Of a DNA stretch of 64,000 nucleotides, positions 53,219 to 64,000 are shown piece by piece. The first letter of the stretch is position 1. The number at the start of each line of letters is the position of its first letter. The notes beneath the pieces were generated by a model. That model was given only the letters and a program-made list of their open reading frames with translations. It made no database searches and was not told where the DNA came from. This DNA is from Thalia democratica. Taxonomy: Eukaryota. The stretch covers positions 70,122,001 to 70,186,000 of the forward strand of contig OZ241830.1 of NCBI GenBank assembly GCA_965202585.1, given 5' to 3'. The translations under genes and the position numbers were made by a program.

Positions 53219-55454
53219 AAGTACGAAATTTTCATTTAGGTACTTTATGTCATAATAAGTGCAGTTTTAATGTTGGACTTTATAAGTTTTAGTTTATTGT
53301 TATTTTCAATTCGTCTCTTAGTTTGTACGCAATAAAAGTATTTTTGTTTACAGCTTCTTTTTTTAATAATGTAAAATAGCTTAAATATATTTTACTTAAC
53401 TTCTAGATAAAACTGAAGATCTAAATTTTTTTTTGATTTTTGAAAAACTTGAAACTAAATGTTAAAATTAAGTGAAATAAGAACTTAAAATAACTAAACC
53501 GTAAGATAACTATTTATAGGCAAAAATGATATTCTACAGTTGTCAATTTATATTCGTCAAAGCTATTTTTTGTAAAGATGAATGTTTCCAACCGGAAGAA
53601 AAATTATACTTAATACTAAAAAATTTGTTAAATAAAACTTCAATTCCTCTTATAACTAACTTTTTTTGAATTCTATGAAGTACTTCGTTATTGTCTTTTT
53701 TTTCATAAATGGTTCAATTAGATTTTAATTCATGAAAATTATTTTTAATTATTTTTATGTTTTAAAAGTATTTTTTTTGGCATAATTTATGTTTTATGTT
53801 TTTTATCAAATAACTTGATTTAATTTCTTATTAATTTTTAATCCTTTTCAAAGGAACTAATGTTTTGGGCCAAAGATTTTATTAAACAATTAACAAAATT
53901 ATAGGTGATTTCTAAAAGTTTTGTAAACAAGATTTTGACGTCTTTAATAAGCATTTAATGTGTATTTTAATAAAGCACATGTGGTGGCCGCATTCGGTCA
54001 CAAAAACATCATTATTTCCAAGTCAGTTTATTTCTACATTCAAACGTGTTAAAATTTTCTAAACCGAATATTTTAAAAAAGACAACAAGTAATTTTGGTT
54101 AAATTTTGTTTTCAATGAATACTTGAATCAAAAGATTTTAATTTTTATAGAAAATTAAGTCTTATTAATTTCAATTATAGTACAGTGCAAAGTATTTTCC
54201 CAAATATAATTTATTAATAAAGCCTTAAGTAAACTTACGTATAATTTTATAAGCAAGATTTATAATTCGGTTGTAATGATTTGTTTATTTTAGTTTTTCT
54301 ATTCTTAAAGTGAAAAAGACTTATCAAAGCTTGCAAATATTTAACAAGTTATACAGTAATCTATTTCTTATATACGTTTTTATTATGCAGACACTTTCCG
54401 TGAAAACACAATTATACAGATAAAATGTTGTTTTTAAAATACTTGTCTTTAGTTTTAAACAATTTTTTAAAAAATTATCAGTGACGATTCTTACGGAAGT
54501 TTCTAAATAATATAATAAGATAAAATAAAAACAAATCACAAACAAGTAGTAGATTTCTTAATATTTATATAAAATATTAAAAGCTTTGGGCGCAAAATTA
54601 AAAACTCGCGGGTCTGATTCTATTTGATTTTTTTGAACATTGGCGGGCCGGCCAGTTTCACAGTTATTATGAACAAATTTAGACAAAAACTGCTACACAT
54701 TAGACATAAGTTCAACTGTGCAAAAAAAGTATACAAGCAGTTATAGCTATACTTACAAAAATACTAAAAAAACAAAAGCAGGAGTTTTTTGAATAAAAGT
54801 ACAAAATTAATTATATAACATTTGCTCACCGAAAATGCGATAATTTCTTCCTTACAAAATTTTGAGTTTTGTATCATCACATCCAGTATCGGCTGACTCT
54901 GGTAACTTAATTTCCGGCAGGTCAATTTAATATAAGATTTCAGTTATATCTCAGTGTAATTTACAAGATAAATTTAGTTGTTTTATTTGGATTTGATAAA
55001 CAGCTTTTATAAAAAATATAAATTTTACCGTGTGTTTCAATTTGACCCGTTTATTTTTACTGCCTACTAACGTGTCACATTAGTACTTAGTACTCTAATA
55101 GTATATTTGCATCGGCATTAGATCAAAGAGCAACTGATCACAAACAAACAATATAATTACAAAAACATTTTCGTTTGGCGACTGACAAATTTTAAAAATA
55201 GCTTTCAGTTAGCATCACTTATCATGATGAGTTATTATTATTTAAATTAATTTAAACTTTCAGTTTTATCTGACTATTTCACTATTTACAATAGATTAAA
55301 CCGTTTAGTATAAATAATTATCAAAATGTTTTATAAAAAAAATCTGGTTTTTGTAAGTATTTTTTTTTAATCAAAGTTGCAATGTTTTCAATTTTTTAGT
55401 ACTGAGACATTCTATATTTTTGCAGTAAACTAGACTCCTTAAGAGAGTGAACGA

Positions 55455-58400
55455 AGCCATATTTACCACATTTTGCATTAGATTTAGTATTTATGTATCC
55501 GCTAAAAGCAAACGGAATACATTAACGCACTTAATTAATTTCGAGTCGATATGTTGCTTGGTGATATGTTGCTTAGTAACCGCGATGCTCGTTGCCATGC
55601 AAATTACATTTGCGGCTGCCACTATGAAATTGAGTTCGCCTGATCAAGCGTTAGTGAAATATATATTTTTTTAATATATCAACCAGTTTTCTTTTAACAT
55701 AAATTCGATATCATTTTGTTATTATTTTGTTATATGTAGCAATACGATTATAAACTTTCTGTCGAAAAATATGATGTCTGCATTAATCTTGTCATACAAC
55801 TTACTTATATTTGTAGTTTGGTGTTGAAACATGCACGTAAATCTTAAGCCTTTTTCATTAAAAATGTTTCTTTTGCGAATGTTTTATTTCAATATTTTAT
55901 ATAAAAATTCTATTTTTAAAATATTTTGTATTCTTTTGCTAACTTTTATGAATAAAAAAATTATTTTACAGCATTTATAAACAAAGTCAATACTATAAAA
56001 ATCCTAATTTATACAAGTTAAAACCTTACAGTTGTTTAACTTTTCAAATGGTTTTGTTTAGACTTAAATCGTAAAAAAGGTAATTATAGAAGTTACTAGT
56101 AAAGTTTGTTACTAATATAATTAAATATAAATTTTAATGGCTACGTAATCGACTAACTAACTAAGAAACTCATGCAGTTTAGAGGGTAAAAAACTTTGTT
56201 AACACTTTTAGATTTGTCATTTTAGCTGCCATTGAGATTAATTTGCTGTGCATTTGAAAACGGAAGTATGTGCTGGTTAAAATTAGATGAACAAAATGCA
56301 TAAATTTTTTCTTCATTAGTTTTGTATAACTATTTAAAACAAACTATTTAAATTCTTTAAGAAAGAATTCTTAAATGGTAATTTAAATACTACCTCTAGT
56401 TTAACCCGTAAAAGCACATCGTCAAAAACTAACGAACATCTTTTACGTTAATTACTTTAGTCACCGCAAGTGTACTGAAGGTTAGCAGTTAAATCAAGAT
56501 CTTTGTGTTTTTTTTTCATGGTTCATGGTTTTATTTTTGAACATGCATTTGTTATAGTCAAACCTGTTTTATAGTGTGTCTTAAGTAATTGTTAAACAAA
56601 TATTTACGACAAAATGTGTTTAATGCAATTTTTCTTGTAATACTCAAAACAGCCGCTAGTGAGGCGCAAAGGAGCTGTAACTGAGCGAACCGAGAAAGAA
56701 AAAATGAGAAGGAGAGAAAGAGTTTCAGCAAAAACTTTTTACTGTTACTGCTGCGTTTAGGTTTTTGTTAGAAGTGCAACAGACAAAAAAAATAGAGTAA
56801 AAGCTAGTAATTGTTTAATTTATTGACTTAAGGAGTTAAATTACTGTAAACTTTTTTTTAGATGTTTGACGTGTTGTTTTAAGCAGTAGCTTTATTGATT
56901 TTTTTTGTTTAAAGCTGCACAAAAAAAAAACCTAAATTTTTTTTTTTTTATTATTTTTGAGAATCAATGGTCATATTTTTATTTTATATAAATGTTTAAA
57001 ACTAAAGAGCTCGTTTTTATTTTTTTTTGTGGTTCGTGGGAAATTTATTTATTATTTATACGTTTGAACTCTCACAATAGCCTTTTCAAACTCGACTTTA
57101 CAGCGCTACAACAGGTGTGTGTGTAAAAATTTCGTACATAAAAGAAATACACGCGAAATATTACACCCCATATAATTTGTGGTGTAAGTACGGGTTAAAA
57201 TGGCAGTTTCAACTTAATCAAGCGTTGAAATATGTGGTCACGTAATATAGAAAAAGAGGTTAGGTGATGATATTTTTGAAATAAAATAAAACCCCGAACA
57301 GCTGAACAGAGGCTTTTAATGTTTGTTTTTATTGAACAAGTTTGTAAGTTCTCACGTTTGATTGAAGTATGTTTATGTATCAATGAGACACCTGACTTGA
57401 ATAGTTAATTATTGATTATATTGATTTGTACAGAAATGGCAAAGTTGTGCTGTTTTATACGGTTTCTAATTAATCCAGATACTTAACATGTAATTGTTTA
57501 TACACTAAACTAAAATGCACATTTGAAATAGTTGTTTTCAAAAGTAAGTTGTATGTAACAATTAATTTTAACTCAAAATACTATGTTGAATAAAAAGCTA
57601 AAGTTTAAAAGTATTTAAACTCTTATTTTGATAAACTGCTTTTAAATAAAAAAAATCATTTACAAAATAGCTTGCGAAACTAGTATGTAATTTACTAGAA
57701 TTATAGTTGGATATACAATCTATGCAATATTTATTTAGCTTCAATCATAAACTAAACTATAAACAACGAATAGATTGATACAAAAATAATGAAGAGAATA
57801 ATAAAAATCATGTGGTGTTTTAATAATAAAGCTGTCCATTAAAATCACAACATTTTCGCTTGTGTTTTTACTGGTTTACTACTCTCTATTGTAAAGTGCT
57901 TCTTAGTAGATAAAATGTTGACAGGACTACAATGATATTGACTAGTTACGGTTCTTATTTGTAATTAGGCGAGGACGAAATGTTTATTTGTTTTTATTTA
58001 ATTCGCAGTTTGTTAAAGTTTTCTGTGTCTGTTATAAACGCTCACAGCTTAAAAGTGTTCTGTTTGCTCTTTACAGAAAAAAAAACTAACGTTGATTTTA
58101 AAGGTAACGCAAACTTTATGTTTTTGTGGCAACATTATTAAGCTTAACATAATCAAAGTCTTTTTTATTAGGAAATAAAGGAGGTGTTAGAAAAATTATT
58201 ATTTGCTTTTCAGTTACTATTTGACCAGTATTAAAAGTTATAAGGAGTTATAAATACATCAGCAATATTACTTTAATTAATTGGGCTAATTAGTTTTATT
58301 TCGACAAGAATATAAACGTAATTACATTCTAAAACATTAATTGTCTTTGGTAAAATACCTTATCTTAAATAAATATGTATATAATAAACAGTTATATATA

Positions 58401-61400
58401 ACTCTTAATGAAATTTAAAAAACCTTTACACGGTGGTGTTAAAACTTACAATTTATTTTTGTAAATTTCATACACAATTGTTTGTTACTTAAATTTCAAA
58501 AAAATAACACAAAACATTTGCTTTATATTGTTTGAAAACTTTTATTTTTGTTTAGAGACTTATATTCTGGTAGTAAATGTAACACAAAAAACACAAACCT
58601 AAGTATGTATGTTCTACTAGTTTTTCTTTAGTTTAATAGAAAAACAGGTTTAGAAATAAGCGTATAGACAGCACTGTATAGTTTAAATTAAACAACTTTA
58701 ACAGCTGATATTAAAAATAGTACTTTTTAGTTTTCGTATTAGGATTAAAAGCGTTACAAAAAAAAACGAAACAGATAAAACAAGTTTGCAGTATTGACAT
58801 TGATGAAAAGTTGGCAAGTTAAAATGAAAAACAGACATTTTAGTTACATTTTACACGTGTTTTTATTCAAACGTTCTGACAATCAATCAATTTTACGTCA
58901 GAATCGCAAACGAAAAAAGAAAGCGACATTATTACGTCATAGAGTGTACAGTTTTCGATCTATAGCAAAGTAAGTTTGTGGCTTTATTGTTTACTTCTGC
59001 TTTGTTCTAAAGCATTTTTAGCATAATGTTATTCTGCCGATTACGCTTAAAACTTTTATAGAAATTCTTAAAGTCGCCATTCGTGTCAAGGAAGTTTCAG
59101 CTGTTTTGATTTAAATCGTATCATTTACATGATTTTTAAAATGAAGATTGTTACTTTAATTTAAAATAATTGGGGAAATATGATACTTTTTTTATAAGGT
59201 TAATATTCTATTTTTGTGGTTTAAACCAGTTTTTTTTTGAGTTATTATAAGTACAATAAAAAATCAGCAAAAACATTGTTTCTACTATTCAAGTTAAAAT
59301 TTATATTTTACATTTGTTTTATTAAGGTTTAAAAATGACAGCATAATATCTTTTCAAATATTAACTGCTTGTAAAACTAATGGTTTTAAATGTTTTATTA
59401 CCCTGATAGAAACGGAAGTAAATTAAGTTATGATTGTGATAAAAAAGAAGATAAGTGATGTCACTTAAATGAAAAAGAATTGCGAATATTTGCACAAAAT
59501 TTAAACTAATGCATTCTCCTTAAATTATATATTACAATTAGATACAGTTGTAATGTAAATTATTGTTTCAGAGTTTAAAAAAATATAAAAAGCTTGTTGT
59601 TTTTCTTTTTTTTGCAGACACTGACTTCTTGTCTATAAATTTCTGTTATCTATAGTCAAATATTGCTTATAAACTGATATAAGACTACTTATAGTATATT
59701 TATTATTTAAAACTAATATAAAGTGCTCTAAAAAAACAAAAAGTATTATATTATATATCAGATAAAACAATCTTTAACCAATAGTCTATACTTTACTTTT
59801 TACTAAAAGGTTATAACAGTTTTATTAGTATATAATGAAAATATGAAAATATTTGTTATTTAGCACAGTGGTTCCGGTATTCGCTTATCCGTTAACTGAG
59901 AAGTAGAATTATTTAATTTATCTAAAATCAATGTTAAACAAAATATTTTTCTACCTTTATTTTTATAACTAAGTAAGCAGTTTATACTAACGTTATGAAT
60001 CTATTGTTTATATCAAAGTTTAGCTTCGTTTATTTTTGTCTTTTTAATAGCTTCTTTCTATAAAATACTAATTTAAAATATAGTAACGCAAACGTTAGTG
60101 TGTGTTTTATTGTATGCATTGATTAATATAAAAGGGTAGATTATAAAAATAAAAAATGTTTTATTCGTATACGGAAAATGACTAATCAGGCCATTTTTTT
60201 TTGAAGAACATAGCCGGATTAGCGAGAAAGTTCCTTATTAGTATATTATTCCTGCTGAGAGTTACTATCGATCAACTAATGTCAATGAAAACAGGTTTTA
60301 TTAAACTTTAAAACTTAATTTTAAGCTATATATTAGAACTTCATAACTCTAATTTTGATTTTCGTCATGCAAACATTTCATTAAATATTAAATTTAATAG
60401 TTGTATTAGAACTTTACACTTAGTTTTATCCGTATCGAAAATCTTTAAACCCTCTATAATTAAGAACAGGCATATCTAAACTTTTTTTGTCTTCGACATT
60501 AAATTACTTTTAATATTGTAGAACAATTATTTAATAAAATTTTGAACAAGTATTGTTATGTTTTTAGAATTTCAATATCATTATAAATTTTTAATACACA
60601 AACTGGAAAGTGAAAATAAAATTTTAATTTATGTGTTTCATCAATTAATTCGAATTTACTAAGAAAACTATAAAAGTACCATGAATTAATACGTAAACAA
60701 CAAACATATTTTAACAAAACTTTAAGCTGTCTATTACATCATAATACTCGTAATATTACAACACTTATTTTGTTTTTTATACTCACCTTGCATGGTAATA
60801 ATTCAAGTATAGAGCGACTGGTTGCTAACAGCAACGCGTTTCAATGCAGGTTTAACGCATGATTGCACACCGGCGGCGCTACCGTTAAGCTTGAATCAAT
60901 CACATATTGAAAATATTTCAGTGCTGTGTGACTTGACACAGCAATTACTACTTTCACTTCATCTTGGCGGTTTAATACAAATCCTTTGTCTTGTTTTGAA
61001 AACCTGAATTGAAAGCAATTTGTAAACCTCAACAGTTTCACAAATTAAATGCAACTGGAATATATTAAATAAAAGTTAGTCTATTTTGTTAAAACAAACG
61101 AATAAACTAAAGTTGTCTTTTACTAATCAAATATTGTACTTGCATTGTGTTCAAAGCTTCAACTGAAGTTCTATTTATAGCTTCTAACCACATTGATCTC
61201 TCACAGGAAGGAACAGTTAACTGCAACTTATTAATCCAATTAAAATTTACATACTCGGAGTTCTATCTGTATGTGAACATTGTATTAAAGGTTTTGTATG
61301 TGTTGAAATTTAAATAGTTATAATGTGTTGCTCGCTTGATAATGAGTTATATCGGCTTACTAACAACTTAAAAGAAATTTACAAATAGTTATAAATAAAC

Positions 61401-64000
61401 ACATACAAACAAGTTTAAATAATTTTGTTTTTAGATATTATTTGAAACACATATAGTCATTTAGTTAAACATTTTACTAAGGTTTAAATAAAAAAACTGA
61501 TCAAAGTACCTACGAACAGTTATAACAGAATTATTTACGTTATTATTTTTTGTGTACACGATATAACAATTAAGGCTTTAATATGATATAAAATTTAAGT
61601 AAAAAAACTATAGTGAAGCTTGTGAATTGTCAGGAAAATACCTTAAAATCAAGTTTTCTATTGGAAAAAATTTAAAACCACACGATATGAAAGATTAATT
61701 GCGAAATACTTGGCATGCAAAATATAGTGGTTATATCTGTGTACTTCGTGTTATTTGGAACAAAAGAAGGAAGTGTTTGCTGTTTTATTTTGAGTACAGA
61801 TCTATTAATCTCGATATTTCAATTAAATATTTTAAAAGTAAGATGAATAGACCTTAGAAGATTTTACGTTTGCAATATGTTTTAATTAGTTTTGAAACTG
61901 AAAATTTAGTATACAACTTGAAATGTTTAAAATGGCACAAAACTTTAGAAGCACTTTTTTTGTGACAATTGTTAAAAAAAACGTTTATTTCCGAAACTTA
62001 ATCATTCTGTTATAAACATTGATAATATTTTTAACGAAGACAACTAGAGTTTTAAAGATATGTTTTTATCTACGGCTCATAAAAATATGATAAATTAGTT
62101 TTTAAAGCTTTTTATATTCAGCTTAAAAGAACAGTTGCTAACATTAATAAAATTACCTAATCCTTTAAAGTGGCAATAAATTTAAATTTTGTTTACCTTA
62201 AAGCCGTTAATGTTTTATTACAGCAACAAATTGTAAATCAAACAAAGAACTCTTTTTGCTCGTCAAAATAAAAGTTGTCTTTTATGTAACCTTATCTAAA
62301 GAGTGCTAGCTTTACGAAACTTTCATCGCTGTTGAATGACAAAAACATGTGCATTAGTATGCAAACTAGTTAATTAGAGTCAGAAAAGGCTATCTAAGTT
62401 CCTGATTGCCAATAAATTAATATAAAACACATGTAGCTACAAGATTGTTATTTTTTATGCGCAATAAAGATAATTAAAAACAAACATATTTCACTTTGTC
62501 AGCAGGTTTTATCTAATCTCTTTTTTATTTGCGTCTCGTATTTTTATTCCATGAAAAAGCTACGAACCTTGAAAGCCTCTTTCTAAATTTTTTATATGTT
62601 TTACGTTACAAAAACTTTATATCAAAAGTATTTCGTTTAAAAAAGATAGGGAGTATTTCATTCTCATACAAGTTAATTAAAATATTTTAATATTCAATCA
62701 TGTATTTTTTTTTAAACTCTTGATTAACCAAGTCGTTATAATCACGAATTTTTATCGGTTAGGTTTTGTTATATTTGCTTAGAAGATAGTATTAAAAATA
62801 TCATTCTTGCTTTATTTAAGCTACCTAGTTTTTTATCCAATAGTTGTATAAATATAGATGTAAAGTTTCTTATCGCTTATTTTTCGATGAAAATTTTCAA
62901 TTCTTTTGTCCTTTTTTATTTCATGGCGTAGGTCACAAATTCTCTCAAGAATTTAATTTACAAAATGGAGAAAAATGAATTACTTTCAAGGGTTCGTTTC
63001 AGGATTTTACGGTTTGAAGTACTAAGATAAGTGCGATGATAACTGCGAACAGAATTGTTTGCTAAGAAGTGTATGTATTTGTGTTGTGTCAAATTTTTGT
63101 TTACTATTTTGTACTTGTTTTGTTATTAATCTTTTAAGTCTTTACAACAATAGTAATTTTTTTTTATAACAGTACCGATTGGTTGCTAGTAGCAACAACT
63201 TATAACGAGCCTATGTTGGCAGGAAACCGTCGAAATTCTAAGTATTTTTTTAAAGAAATTTCTCCGGTGGCAGATGTGCAAATAAATAGTTGCAGCAGAA
63301 GCAACGTATCATCATCGTTTTTAGCAGCTATTTAACTAATTTGTTTTTATATATACCGGTTTTAAAAGACACGGGTTCAAATGGCATTTTAGTAGTAGAA
63401 ACATCAAAAAATTGACACATCTTAATAACTCATTGTTTTTATTTTGTTTTTACAACACAATGTTGCGTTTTAAAGTCTTTTATAAGTTGAATTTTAAATG
63501 AAGTTAAATTAAAAAATTTTAATAAAAGCGTAAAGTAGTAATAAACTTAAACAACGAAGTAAAAAAACGTGTTTAATTTACTAAACTTGTAAATACTAGT
63601 TTATTTCTTTAACATATTTCTCAAATTTTATAAACACTTATAAAATGAATGATGTTTTGACTAATTCGAATAAAACTAGTGAAAGTTTTAATCGAGTTTA
63701 TGTTAAACGAGAACAAAATTAAAAACGATAATTGTATATCATTTTATTAACTTTATAAAAGTATCTTCTTGTGAAATAAAAATAATATTTTGTTTTTTCA
63801 AAAAACTTTAGCTTGCTAAAAAATAAAATTTAACGAAAAGCAATTATGTAGCTGAACTAAGGTGTGTGAAATTAATTAAAAAATTTTTTAAATGCTTTTT
63901 GTTATAGAACTTTTTATCAAGACAGCTGGTTATTTAACACTTTTGTTTTTTCAGTTCTAAATAAACTGATTAAGTTGTGTACTATCAACTAGACAAAACT
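55455..64000 (+). repeat. Direct segmental duplication (C) of the Islet B upstream region 14570-24093
   Basis: Collinear throughout, about 80-93% identity in sampled stretches; the window end agacaaaact equals B 24084-24093. Confidence 0.95.

Overview
AT-rich animal genomic DNA (roughly 25% GC by eye; species not determinable from the sequence) with one 100-N scaffold gap at 12588-12687. The window is dominated by a duplicated Islet (LIM-homeobox) locus. (1) A complete 7-exon Islet gene on + (24305-39422, 480 aa; all splice phases checked by hand): LIM1, LIM2, homeodomain and the C-terminal [11 protein letters not shown] motif. (2) The last two exons of a second, diverged but intact Islet paralog on - (10382-11130); its 5' part runs into the gap. 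(3) A roughly 8.5-kb direct copy of the Islet upstream region at about 55455-64000 that reaches the window edge about 210 bp before the expected ATG, predicting a third copy just outside. (4) Two further copies of the non-coding landscape that lack the matching exons (about 65-8640 on -, about 45360-49200 on +). Comparing these copies exposes conserved non-coding elements rich in RFX X-box-like and CRE motifs, including a 147-bp element 98% identical between otherwise divergent copies, with terminal self-complementarity. Also present: an intronless kelch-repeat gene with a frameshifted sister copy, a decayed Penelope-like retroelement (RT plus GIY-YIG, hammerhead-like remnant) in Islet intron 2, an 18-bp tandem repeat and two strong hairpins. 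All alignments were done by eye; block boundaries and identities are approximate.
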